Source: Octopus bimaculoides (taxonomy: Eukaryota). From it: DNA of 64,000 nt. Below the pieces are notes generated by a model. That model saw only the letters and a program-made list of their open reading frames with translations. It was not told where the DNA came from and did not search any database. The translations under genes were made by a program, and so were the position numbers. Of this stretch, positions 50,164 through 63,285 are shown piece after piece. The stretch spans positions 65,930,211 to 65,994,210 of the forward strand of contig NC_068984.1 of NCBI RefSeq assembly GCF_001194135.2, in the 5' to 3' direction. Positions within the stretch are counted from its first letter, which is position 1; the number at the start of each line of letters is the position of its first letter.

Positions 50164-51614
50164 TTGGGTTATTCACAATTCACTACTCAACATAGAATCC
50201 AAATCTCTCTCTTAACATGTATCATTCTTAAAATTAGAACTACATTTTAAAATAGTTAAGACAATATGACCCACAGCAAAAAAGAACAGTCAAAGAAGAA
50301 GATGACAGTCTATGACTGAGCATGCTATTAGCTACTCCAGTGCATCTAAATAATTTTATTATCCTCTCATTACAAAAACAAAATATTCCAGAGTGTTTTT
50401 TATGCAACCATTTACTGCATGAAGTAATGCAACATTAAGTTTCTTCAAACACTATAATCAGGGTTACTTGATATAACTGAACATTGGTGGCCTTTTTGTT
50501 TTTAACAAGCTGCAAATATTCATAAGACAATTATGGCTTTATTTTTTTTTAAATAACAATAAAATGTATTCTCACAGCCCACGGAATATCATTTTTAGGC
50601 AAAAATGACTAAAAGTTTCAAACCTTTCATTTGAGTTACTAAATTCTATAATAAAATATAATTCACATTCCATTTTGTTGAAGTACTTCCTTGCTTCAAT
50701 AGTTCTTTGTTTCCAATTTGAACTTGATATTATTCTATACTTTAGCATTCTACAGTACACTACATTTATTCATGTTAGTGTACATTAGCTAATTAGCCAT
50801 ATTTTCTAGAAAAAATATTCAGAATGTTCTGTAAATGTTTTCACTTCTTGTTAGTTTCTTGCCCTTTATCATTCTTATTAACACAAAGCTTGAACTTTGC
50901 ATGTAAATTGTGCATTGATCTTGTTTGCTTTTTATATCTTTTATAGCATTTAACATGAAATGCTTCTCTTTTCAGTCAATTAGCTAAAATATATTATTAA
51001 TGGATATTCTCTGGCAGAAAGTGATGAGAAATACAATTTGCAACTTCAATGCAATATCAAAATTAAAAATTATGTAATAAAAGGAAATAGAGATATAAGG
51101 AATAAAAAGTAAAAAGTAATTCAATTAATCAAAAATGCGAAGTCTATTTAGCCATAATTCCAAGGGAATAACCAATCAAAATCAACACCAATGTTTTAAT
51201 CACACATCCACATTTTATACAGTACTGAAAGGTAAAAGAAAAATTATCAAGATATCCAATATCTTTCACTGAGAAAGTATTCTCTCTTGCATAAGTTATA
51301 TGGCAAAGAAGTAAATGACACACAAATACAAAATTTTAAGTTTAAAAAAATGGCTGATAGACACTTCATTTTTATCTTTTCAGCCTCTTATGTCATTTTT
51401 AAATAATTACTTTTAGACAGTCACTGATGAGAATATTTTATCCAAACAAATAAGAAACAACAAACGCCAGTTAAAGTTTTGAAAAATATTCTGTGTCAAT
51501 CTTGAGAAGTTAACACTTCCATTTTTGAAACAATATTTGGTAACACTTTGAAAATTATGTGACTATATAAGAAATCTTCCTCACCACCATTATCATTATT
51601 GTCATAATCATCAA

Positions 51615-51830
51615 AGGGCAGCAAGCTGGCAGGATCGTTAGCACGCTAGGCGAAATGCTTAGCAGTATTTCAACTGACATTACATTCTGAGTTCAAATGC
51701 TGCTAGGGTCGACTTTGCCTTTCATCCTTTCAGGATCGATAAAATAAGTACCAGTTGGACACTAGGGTCGATGTAATCAACTCATTCCTGCCCCCGAAAT
51801 TGTTGCCCTTGTGGCAAAATTTAAACCATT
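51615..51830 (+). mobile_element. Family C (Meta-like) SINE, best-preserved copy
   Basis: GGGCAGCAAGCTGGCAGGATCGTTAGCACG...GAGTTCAAATGC...GGTCGACTTTGCCTTTCATCCTTTCAGGATCGATAAAATAAGTACCAG. Confidence 0.9.
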
Positions 51831-51869
51831 ATTATTGTCATCATAATTAGAATGGTGGAGGGAAAGTAT

Positions 51870-52045
51870 CATTATAGAATAGGACAAAATGCCTTGTATT
51901 TGTTATGGCCCCAAATATTCTAAGTCCAAACATTCTGAATTAGCAAGGGTCAACTTTCCCCATACTTTCTTTCAGGTTCAATAAAGTACCAGTCAAATAA
52001 TGTGATTGATAGTATCAACTTAACCTCTCTTCTCAAAATTACACA
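51870..52045 (+). mobile_element. Older SINE fragment with Meta-like core
   Basis: GGGTCAACTTTCCC...TTTCAGGTTCAATAAAGTACCAGTC. Confidence 0.5.
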
Positions 52046-52048
52046 CCT

Positions 52049-52440
52049 TATCATCATCATCGTCGTCGTCGTCATTTAACATCCACTTTCCATGCTGGAT
52101 GGGTTGGACGGTTTGATTGAGGACTGGCAAGCCAGAAAGCTGCACCAGGCTCCAATCTGATCTGACAAAGTTTCTACAGGTGGATGCCCTTCCTAACGCA
52201 ACTACTCCGAGAGTGTAGTGGGTGCTTTTTACATGCCACCAGCATGAGAGTCAGTCAGGTGGTTCAGGCATCGACCATGTTTGAATGGTGCTTTTTACGT
52301 GCTACTGACACAGGAGCCAGTTAGACGGCACTGGCAACAACCATGCTCAAATGGTGCTTTTTACATGCCACCGGCATGTGTGCCAGTCAGGTATTACTGG
52401 CATCAGCCACAAAAATGACTTCACTTGACTCAACAGGTCT
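52049..52440 (-). mobile_element. RTE 3' UTR copy
   Basis: (CAT)n(CGT)n-CATTTAACATCC...GGATGCCCTTCCTAACG...GTAGTGGGTGCTTTTT, plus 3-4 tandem units. Confidence 0.9.
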
Positions 52441-52533
52441 TATGTCTATAATTAAAAGTAACTATTACTATTTTTTAAATATGTTACTATTAGTTTTACT
52501 GCAATAGTCATACTTTCACAGCACAAATGAGTG

Positions 52534-52570
52534 CAGCAAGCTACTTACCACACAGCCACTCCTGCGCCTA
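52534..52570 (-). mobile_element. Isolated family B SINE head fragment
   Basis: CAGCAAGCTACTTACCACACAGCCACTCCTGCGCCTA. Confidence 0.7.
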
Positions 52571-55512
52571 CAGGATGTTGCATTTTGTTTTTTGCTCTTT
52601 TATTTCACTAACTTCACGTTTGAATTTTTTGTTACCTTCCTATAGAGAGGGAGACATTTATTTTTTCTATGCAGCTTAATTACATTAATTGTTCTTATTG
52701 TGCTTGCCTCTAAATACCTAAGTATTTCAGGACTCACTGGAGCCACTTTGTAATTTTTCTTTATTTATCATATATTCATTTATTTTATCCATATGCAAAA
52801 TAGCAGAAATGTCCTTTTAATATCAGCTTTAAGGTATATTTTTGCCAAGGTATATCAGAGAAAGAATTCCACGAGAAAGCTGATAAATCAGTGTATCCAA
52901 ACAAAAGTACCTTCAAGCATTTATTTTGCCTGAGCTGACACAGATATTCCCTTGTCACTCTTGCTATTGGAAATGCACTGAAGCAGTGATTGGCAGCCTG
53001 AAAATATCACTCCCAAAATACAAGATTTAAAATGAAAGTAAAAAAAAGTGATGGATACATCTATTGATACATCAATAGCTAAATCTTGAGTAATCATCTA
53101 GCCTGCTTTAGGAAAACTACAGTAGTCTGTTTCTTTAAAATATTTGCAACATGTCCAGTACTGATCATTCATTTCAGAGTGATAACATACAGAATAGTCA
53201 AAATAGCAGAATTCTGTTTCTTGACTTATGATTTTCTGTCTTATAAAGTATTGAAGTTAAAATGAAATAAGCAATACTTGCAGAAAATAACATATTTATT
53301 TTCATTCTACTTACTGCAAAAAGTAATCAAACAAGCCTTAAATAGAAATGCAGCAGATAATAGAGATAAGCAGCTTTTGATCTTGGCTAATCATCTGGTT
53401 TAGATATTTATCATACCAACTTTTACCTGGAGCAAGTTTTCTTAAGTATTATGCCTGAAAGAGACAGTTCTTATGGCAAAGCCGAGAGAAAAAGATTAAC
53501 TGAAGAAACAAGTGTCAGCTCTAACTTCTTCAAATAAGGTGAGTTTAAGGATCTTCAACTGAGAAATTGAGTGGATACAGACACTGGATTTTGAGTGAAA
53601 TGTAAAGAATGAAGGCGAATGATATTCTATAAATAGTAAATTCTAACTCTTCAACACAGTTTAATAGTATGTAATATAAGCACAAAAGAAGGGAGAATTT
53701 TAAAATCAAAAGAGATATTTCTTTGCAGTGTACTTAAATGTAAAAATGAAACCAGTACAGACTTTCACATCTATAACTTTCAAACAAATGAAGTATTTAT
53801 GACAAGGATGAAGATGTCATAAAATAAATTTGGAAAAAAAGAGCATTACTTGAATCTTGGGAAATTATCATTTCAACTTTAAGCAAGGTTATTCATAAGA
53901 GTTAACAGTTAAAAAAAAAATCGATAAATATAATTTCCACTTGGTTTTGTTTTTAATGAAACATTTCTTAAAGAAAAGTTGTTAGCCATTGATTTGCTTG
54001 TGAAAATGTGTATATGGGGATCTAAGACAGGTTATATTCAAATAGCATTTTCAAGACTAGTTGGCTAATTTCAATGTAAATGAAGTCAAGTTATTAACTA
54101 CAAAATTATCTCCCAGTAGTGTGATTTCTAATTATTGTATGTTCTAATTGCCTATTTACATTTGGTTGGCAATGGTAATTAGACAGAAAAGACCAAACAT
54201 TAAACACACTGGGAGTCATCCCACACAAAGCTTCTGCTCAATCAGCATCAAACAACATCATGATCAATAATTTGCTTCTCAAACAGTGAATAGCATACTA
54301 TCAGATTCGTCTCATGAAAATTTACAATATCCCTGAAATATTCCTGGTATATTTGAGCTATTTTGTACTTTGTGTTCATTTCATGGCTTTTGTTTAAAAT
54401 GGCATTTAAGAATTCTAAGTAAATTTATTAACATTTTTGTAACCAATTGAACAAGCATATTCAGCCAACAACAGTTATTCTTTGTAAAATAAAAATTTCA
54501 TAGTTTTGTTTCAAAAATTAGGTAATAATTCTGGCTAGTTCTGTCAAAATATAAGGAATATTTAATAGAAAAAAGTATAACCATTAGTTACCAATAATTC
54601 CATTATGCAATAACATATAAAATACAGAAGTGTACACACTAGCACAACATCTCTACATTCGTTCATCAAAATCATTAAAATATTAATCTGGAGCATAAAA
54701 ATAACTTTTATTTAAAACTCCATTTTGAAATTACTAATAAACAGAAACTAAAGACAAAGATCTGAAGACATTAGTGGCAGTCTATGTTGGCAAACATCAT
54801 TTATTGAATTTATGTAATATGGATACATTGTATCCAATGGAGGAAACAAAATTCTGAGTGCTTTGATCAAAGCCCTTCATCAAAAAAGAAAATTTCAAGG
54901 ATTCCCATCTCTGCATGGCTCACAAATTCATTCCGATTTAGGAATATTACTGATTTGGATACAGTGATATAACTTGCAATATAACTAAACTATGTCACCA
55001 ATTGCAGTATTTCATTGATTATACAAATACTATTTGACCAACCTAATGCAGAGAATACATGCTAAGCATATATTACAATAAGTATTCATTTAATTACAAA
55101 TTTTATGAACTGTGATAGCTGATGAGAATTAATACAACATTAACACTACTAGATATGCAAAATAAGTTGCATAATTTTGAAGGCCTAATTTCTGGATGCA
55201 ATCTAAATGATATCTGCTTTGCTAAGTAGAATATAGGTTATAGTTTATAATGCAAAAACAAAGTAAGAAAATAAATATATATTTTTACTAAAAGTATTTT
55301 ACTGCAGAACATCAAACCATGAAAGCATTTAAAACTAATTACCTAATAGCTATGCCATTACATCCACATAACAATATCATATTGTAAAAACAAACTAATT
55401 TCATGCATTGGTGTACTGATATTTTAAAAATAAAACAAAACTTTAAATTTTTATCACCAACATGGCATTAGTGTGAAACGATAGCTGATTACTTGAACGC
55501 AAAGGAATGAAG

Positions 55513-55745
55513 CATCATCATCATCATTTAGTATTTGTAGTCTGTATTAGTATGGTTGGACAATTCAATGGGATCTGATGAGCCAGAGGACTGTTGGGTT
55601 CCAACATCTGCTCTGGTATGGTTTCTATGGCTTGATGCCCTTCCTAATGCAATCACTGTACAGACTGTACTGGGTGCTTTTGTTCATGGCACCATTATTC
55701 ATGTGATCATGAAGTAAACTGCAAGACAAGATGATTCCTTGACAG
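55513..55745 (-). mobile_element. Old RTE-type tail copy
   Basis: (CAT)n...GGTTTCTATGGCTTGATGCCCTTCCTAATGC...GTACTGGGTGCTTTT. Confidence 0.65.
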
Positions 55746-55759
55746 ATTTGGGATGCAGT

Positions 55760-56165
55760 ATTGAGAGAGATTGTTGAAATTGTCAATGCAGGGTGTTAGA
55801 GTGATCAATGCAGAATCTCAGCTTAGGGATAGGTAAAAGAAAATAATAGAGGGTCAGGAAAGAAGAGGTGATAGATAGTAATACATGAAAGGGAGAGGTG
55901 GAGAGCAACAGTATCATAAAAACCATAGATAGATGAGAAGTAGAGAGGAATGTGGGAGAGAAAGAAAATACACAATGACAAAGACAAAGATATATAAGGC
56001 TGGATACAATGACTGACAAAACAAGGAGGAGCATCAATAACAAGGAAAGGGGAATTCAGTGTAACAAGTAGTGATAAGAGATGGTGATGCGGGTGCAGGG
56101 TGGGTAGCAAGGGAAGTGGTTCTAGAGACTGGGATAACTAGTAACACAAAGAGTGGGATGGAATA
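55760..56165. repeat. Purine-rich (GA-biased) low-complexity tract
   Basis: Strong plus-strand A/G bias. It produces hydrophobic pseudo-ORFs on the minus strand. Confidence 0.6.
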
Positions 56166-57406
56166 TGTGAAGTTCTGCTCTCATAGGATTACAGCAGCTG
56201 AGGAAATTGTATCATAGTTAGAAAGGTGAAAGAGGCAATCGCTGTACAAAGAAAACTTGTGGAGAAGGCTTGAAAAGTACAGATTGGGTGCAGAAGAAAA
56301 GACATTAACAATATGCTTTTCAAACTGTACAAAAACATTCTGCTCCAACCTTGACATTACATATAACCATGATTTAGCATCCAAAACATTTCTATTTCCT
56401 AATATTTTACAGGACTAATAAAGACGGTTCAGAGAAGGCTGGTATTTTCCAAACAAAAACAAAATTGGATAATATTATTTAAGAGTGGTGATACCTGAAA
56501 TATTCTTTTACTTAAAGAAACTGAAATCATATTAAAAATGGTATTTAACTTTGTTTTTATTAAAGCAATATTGACATACAAACTAAAGTTGAATTAAGCA
56601 TGTTTTTCTAATTTTATTCTCTTCGGGTTTGAAAATTTAACTTATAATTTGAACTCTAACAGCACCCAATATTTTAAAATCTAAACTTAAAGAAGTATGA
56701 AACATAAAATAAATTACTTTTATTCTATATGACAAAATAAAAAAAATAATAATAAATTTCAGTGATTCAAACAATATGTGTATTTTCTTCTCTTTAAAAA
56801 TAAACTATTAAAGAATTCTAAATTAGCTCAACTTTTAAATAGCAGAAAAGCCATTTAGAAAATATTCATTCACAATTACAACATCTTTCAAAAATCATTT
56901 TTGGTATGAACACTTTCACTAGTGTCTGTTCTATATAATAAACAAAATGACAATGACTATGTTAGCAATTGACTCAATTGTTTCATCGTTCTCTTTTTAC
57001 TTACGAACANNNNNNNNNNNNNNNNNNNNNNNNNNNNNNNNNNNNNNNNNNNNNNNNNNNNNNNNNNNNNNNNNNNNNNNNNNNNNNNNNNNNNNNNNNN
57101 NNNNNNNNNNNNNNNNNNNNNNNNNNNNNNNNNNNNNNNNNNNNNNNNNNNNNNNNNNNNNNNNNNNNNNNNNNNNNNNNNNNNNNNNNNNNNNNNNNNN
57201 NNNNNNNNNNNNNNNNNNNNNNNNNNNNNNNNNNNNNNNNNNNNNNNNNNNNNNNNNNNNNNNNNNNNNNNNNNNNNNNNNNNNNNNNNNNNNNNNNNNN
57301 NNNNNNNNNNNNNNNNNNNNNNNNNNNNNNNNNNNNNNNNNNNNNNNNNNNNNNNNNNNNNNNNNNNNNNNNNNNNNNNNNNNNNNNNNNNNNNNNNNNN
57401 NNNNNN

Positions 57407-57476
<70 letters not shown>
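57407..57476. repeat. (TA)n(TG)n microsatellite next to a gap
   Basis: Seen directly in the sequence. Confidence 0.95.
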
Positions 57477-57479
<3 letters not shown>

Positions 57480-58698
57480 GGCTGCTATTATTCTATTCTG
57501 ATCAAAAGTATTAACTATGTGGCAGAAAAGTCTCATTAGTTATTTCCATTGTAAAATAATATTAAATGCAACAATCAACAATTATATACATGTGCGTATA
57601 AGCACACCAACTAACAGTTCCATATTATTTGTGTGAGTGTGTGTGTGTGTGTGGGGGGGGTTGTGAGCATATATATATTCCCATATATATTCTGAATGTT
57701 TGTGCCTATATATCTTATTTTACATACTATTTCAAGTCTTTTCTAGTATATTATTTATTTGAAATATGATAATTCTTTAAAAATTGAACTTGTGAAAGAA
57801 CAAAATTCTTCAAAGAACAGGTTTATATTCATGAAAAATAGAATAAACTTAAGCTTTAGAAAGTTTGTTTAAAAATAATGCAGTTAATTATTCAAAATTT
57901 AACAAACAGTAAATTAATCGACAAATACATGTTTTATAACACATGATATACGCTTCTTTTATTGAAGGTCAATTTAATTTTCAATCTATTCAAAACAGTA
58001 AGTTTTGGCTGGTCTCCATATGCTGTTGGACATTTTGAAAATATACAACTGGATATGATTGTTCTTAATTTTATTTCCAACAAAGCAAATTAAATTCTTT
58101 ATACTTAATTTAGGTTTGAGGAAAATGTGAATTTACTCTTTGCTGTTCCATTAATGCATTATATTTCATTAATTATGCCTACCTCTGAAATAAGGAGTTT
58201 GTTGACTGTTAGAATGTATGAAAATCAACAATTTTAATGGAAGAGAATTTTGATTGACAAGATCTCTTATATTTTGAACTATTTGAATTGATTGTTCTTT
58301 GGTTACAGTTTATCAAATGTCATTAAGTTGGAGACCACAAAATCACATACATGCTCAATTTCTATAATCTACTTTTCTCTCCTAGGCCATATTATTATAC
58401 ATTTTATGTTTTTTACTAATACATTTTATCACCTGAAATGGTGAAATAAAATTACAATTCAGAAGGAACTCTGGTAATGAGTTCTAAGTTGCTTACATTG
58501 ACTTTAAAGATACACAATACCAGAATCTAAAGATTTGAATGCACCAAAATATGCTCAATGAGAAACCACAAGAGTTAATGGGGTACAGACAGTCATATGT
58601 CATCAAATGTCAGATGAGTTATGTTTGGTCTCAAAGCTAAACATTTTGAATCCTATTGTAACAATGGACTGACAAGGCATTAACAAGGTATTAAATTG

Positions 58699-58738
<40 letters not shown>

Positions 58739-59162
58739 NNNNNNNNNNNNNNNNNNNNNNNNNNNNNNNNNNNNNNNNNNNNNNNNNNNNNNNNNNNNNN
58801 NNNNNNNNNNNNNNNNNNNNNNNNNNNNNNNNNNNNNNNNNNNNNNNNNNNNNNNNNNNNNNNNNNNNNNNNNNNNNNNNNNNNNNNNNNNNNNNNNNNN
58901 NNNNNNNNNNNNNNNNNNNNNNNNNNNNNNNNNNNNNNNNNNNNNNNNNNNNNNNNNNNNNNNNNNNNNNNNNNNNNNNNNNNNNNNNNNNNNNNNNNNN
59001 NNNNNNNNNNNNNNNNNNNNNNNNNNNNNNNNNNNNNNNNNNNNNNNNNNNNNNNNNNNNNNNNNNNNNNNNNNNNNNNNNNNNNNNNNNNNNNNNNNNN
59101 NNNNNNNNNNNNNNNNNNNNNNNNNNNNNNNNNNNNNNNNNNNNNNNNNNNNNNNNNNNNNN

Positions 59163-59198
<36 letters not shown>

Positions 59199-60433
59199 GT
59201 AACTTGGTGATTGATTTTATCAGTTCTCTTCAGAGTTTCTTGGTTGATGTAATCTTTTTTGTGATATCAACAGCGTCACCAGTTTTATGTACTGAGTGTG
59301 CCTTCCCTCCTTTGTTAGTCCAGAAGAGTAGGAGTGTGTGTACAGTAGCAGGCTGTATACAAAATATAGTAGTAGGCAACATAATGTTCCTCACATTTTG
59401 CTTTTAGTATTTACATAAACCACTCTTCTCAAATTCTAAAATTATTCATAAATATTCTAGCTTCTTTGTTTTTGATATTCTTTTTGAAATTTCGTTATAT
59501 AAACTTTTTCTCAGCTTATTTTGCATGAGGAAATATAAAACATGATGTCTTCTAGGAAGCCAGGTAACATTGAAACCAAAACTAAACAGAGTAGATATTA
59601 AAAAAACTCAAGCTATTTACGGGTATTTTTTATAAAAAAAAAACAATGAAAGATTTCAATTATATTGCACTCTTCTCTTCCAGTCATTTATGACCGTACA
59701 TTCTAAATATTCCTTTAAAATGTTAAACTTGAAAACTAGTATACCTTTGAATGATTCACATTTTCCCCTTACATTTTTATTAGATTCTATATAGAATCTA
59801 TCTCTATTACAGTGTATCATCTTTACTGCTCTATGTTGAAATTTGGAAATGAATTCCCAAGTCCAAGTTATTTTAGCAAGTATTTTTTCACTGAATTTTC
59901 ACCAGTATTTGGTTAACATTTAAAAGATTTAACATTTATATACCCATATTATAAAGGGCTTTTACCATAAAAGTAATACTGAATATTTCTAAAATTACAT
60001 TGATTATGACCTAAGCTTTCAGTTTCTTTCTACTATACAACAAATCTTTTAATCTTCTTTTACATAAACCTAATCATTTCATGAATATTCTATCCATATG
60101 TAACAATTTCCTTCTTTAAATTACACTTATCAGTTTTTCGTATCATTATAAATTCATTTTTAAATATAATTGTATGGGAAATTCTATTTGGATATGTTTT
60201 ACCAGTTCAGTATCCCAAATTGGAATTCTTTTAATTCAATTCTATTTCTTTGTAAATTATTTATATGTTGCAAGTTCACATGTGAGACTGATATTTTGCA
60301 CTCTCAATAAAGTATATCAGCTTGTGTAACTTATTTGAATGTAATGCCAAGTTCGTTTCTATCTAGCACTGAGTGGATATAAATAGTGTGTTTTTAATAT
60401 ACAAATTACGCACATGTAATGTTAGACACAAAT

Positions 60434-60735
60434 ATCATCATCATCATCATCATCAGTGTTTAACGTTTGCTTTCCATGCTGGCATGGGTTGGACGGTTTG
60501 ACTGAGGACTGGCAAGCCCGAAGGCTGAACCAGGCTCAATCTAGTCTGGCTAAGTTTCTACAGTTGGATGCCCTTCCTAACGCCAACCACTCCAAGAGTG
60601 TAATGGGTGCTTTTACATGCCACTGGCACGAGGGCCAGTCAGGCAGTTCTGGCAACGACCATGCTCTAAAGGTGTTTTTTACGTGCTACCTGCATGGGAG
60701 TCAGTCCAGCAGCACTGGCAACAACCATGCTCGAA
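60434..60735 (-). mobile_element. RTE 3' UTR copy
   Basis: (CAT)n-CAGTGTTTAACGTTTGCTTTCCATGCTGGCATGGGTTGGACGG...GATGCCCTTCCTAACGCCAACCACTCC, plus 2-3 tandem units. Confidence 0.9.
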
Positions 60736-61014
60736 ATATATAGGTATTATTTTAAATATAAACTAATTATTTGGTAAATCACAAGATACGTGGGTTAGAA
60801 TTTTTCTACATGTTCTGTAAAATGAAGTGAATAATAGAAAAATCATCTAAGTAGGTTTCTGTTGAATCAGTCAACTTTCCCTGCAAAACGATTTTTAAAT
60901 AGATACTTCAAGCCAAATTGTAGATATAAAAATGTTTGGAATTATATTTTAGGGGCCACTCAGCAATGCAGAACAAATACTATAAAGTACTATTGTGTAT
61001 AATATATAACTACA

Positions 61015-61255
61015 CATGGAGGTCTGTGGCTCAGTGGTTAGGGTATTGCACTCATGATCATAATATTGTAGTTTCAATACCTGGACTGGCAATCAAAGTG
61101 TTCTTGAGCAGAATATTTAATTTCATGTTGCAGCATCCCACTTAACTGGCAAAAAATAGATAATCCTGCAAAGGACCAGCATCTTGTCCAGGTGGGGAAT
61201 ATATATGCTAGGGAAAACAGGAAACTGGCCTTACGAACCTAGCTCAGGAAAGACC
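61015..61255 (+). mobile_element. Family D tRNA-derived SINE
   Basis: A-box TGGCTCAGTGG, then TTGCACTCATGATCA, B-box-like GTTTCAATACC, and CORE-like GTGTTCTTGAGCA. Confidence 0.75.
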
Positions 61256-62092
61256 TTACATCCATTGATATAGCTACAACACTAGCTCAAATAAGAATTA
61301 AAAAGTTTTTGTATCACAATAAGGGTTAAGAAAGTTTATATCTTAAATGTGTTTCATTGAGAGTAGTTTTTTTTTTTTTTCATGATAAGACTATATTCAC
61401 ACCATATGTTTGGTGAATTCTAGACTTGATTTATTTCAGCATTGATAAAATAAGAACTGATAATATACTAAATTCAATTCACTATACATATCCATTAGGA
61501 AAAAAGTTGTTTTTCTTTTCCTTTAGTGTTTTTTCTTTTCCTTTTTATAACAATGTATCATATTATACATCTGATCATATCTTATATTATGATCAGATAT
61601 GATCAATATCTGATCATTCATTTGACACTATTTCTTAAGAGATTAGCTTCACAATTCCACAACGATGAAATCCAGAATTGATTCAAAGGATTTAAATCCA
61701 AGAGGATGTATAAGGATTGAATTATGTTCAATTTACATGAATATTTTATTTACTTTACTTCAAAATTACAAAAGAAATCCTAAAAGAATAATCTGTCAGA
61801 TTATAAGGAAATATATCACATAAGGAAATATAAACATCATTTTAACATCTCTTCCCTCTTAGTTGGACAGAAATGTCAGGATTCATGTCATTATTCCTCC
61901 TTCCTAACAGCCAATTGTCATTTTTATCTGTGAGGGTCAGCATCTTGAACTTTGACATCACATACTACATCATTTTTTCCCATCTTGCTCTTCAGACTGA
62001 ACCAACTTGAGACATCCATAATAAACAGCATTGATGTGAAATCATAGTATATTTGAAATTGCTATTTCTTATACAATTTTGATGTAAGAAAA

Positions 62093-62321
62093 TAGGTGCA
62101 GGAGTGGCTGTGGTAAGTAACTTGCTTCCCATCCACATGGCTCCAGGTTCAGTCCCATTCTGTGTCGTAAGTGTCTTCTATAATAGCCTTGGGCTGACCA
62201 AAGGCTTATGAGTGGATTTGGTAGAAAGAAACTGAAGGAAGCATGTTGTGTATATATATNNNNNNNNNNNNNNNNNNNNNNNNNNNNNNNNNNNNNNNNN
62301 NNNNNNNNNNNNNNNNNNNNN

Positions 62322-62368
<47 letters not shown>

Positions 62369-62597
62369 GTATATATGTATGAAAGTATGTATTTGTGTGT
62401 TTGTGCTTATCCTCCCCTCCATTGCTTGACAACTGATGTTGGTATGTCTACATCCCCATAACTTAGTGGTTCGGCAACAGAGACCAAAAGAATAAGTACT
62501 GGGCTTACAAAGAATAAGTCCTAGGGTTGATTTGTTCAACTAAAGGTGGTGCTCCAGCATGGCTGCAGTCAAATGACCGATACAAGTAAAAGAGTAA
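62093..62597 (+). mobile_element. Family B CORE-like SINE, full length, spanning a gap
   Basis: AGGTGCAGGAGTGGCTGTGGTAAG...GGTTCAGTCCC...GAGTGGATTTGGTAG...(TA)n...CAGCATGGCTGCAGTCAAATGACCGATACAAGTAAAAGAG. Confidence 0.9.
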
Positions 62598-62989
62598 ATT
62601 AGAAACTACAAAATATATTTTGATACTGTAACTGTGAAGACTCAACACTGTATAGCAAATTAGTAATATTATAATTAAATAAACCCATCTTTATGTTATA
62701 GAAAGTGTAACATCTTGGATTTTACTTGCATTAATCAGATTCAGGAAACAAGTATATTACCCCTCCCTCCTCCTTTTTCTCTCATGCACACACAAATTTA
62801 CATTCATTTCTCTATATCACATTTGCTAGTTATTCAGGCAATTGTATTTCTATTTTATAACTAAATGTATAGATTTCCTATTCAAACATGAAAAAGTTTT
62901 ATCTAAGTATATAATAGCTGTATAATGGTGAGCAATAGGAAGTAAGTCATAGGCAGAGAGTGTGAAAACTCTGTAAAGATCAGAGGAAA

Positions 62990-63285
62990 ATGGGTTAAGT
63001 ATGATATATTCGATGTATAATGTTAACCTGCTTTGAAGACAAAGCACAAGTGACCAGAGTGAATAACTAGGCAATATAGACAAGAGAGATGGTTGCACTG
63101 TCTGCTATAGATGCACTGCAAATATTTGCTGGGTGCTAGGTAAAAAGATGTTTAGTGTACTCTTAGTGGAAGGTACTGAAAGGAAAGTTAATGTGAGGTG
63201 AAGAAGCCAAATATATTAGGATACTAAGTCTCACAGAAATAGTGACAAATGACCAAGACAAATAATGATGTGCTGTATAGCAGAC
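62990..63285 (+). mobile_element. Highly decayed RTE ORF C-terminal remnant
   Basis: Nucleotide similarity to 1-210 and 45965-46165: CAAGAGAGATGGTTGCACTG...GTGGAAGGTAC...GTCTCACAGAAATAGTGACAAATGACCAAGAC...TGTGCTGTA. Confidence 0.5.

Noticed and set aside
59300-59353. Minus-strand CYCTH resembling an adhesion-GPCR GPS motif
   Set aside because: It lacks the HLT/S-F autoproteolysis motif and hits a stop within a few codons.
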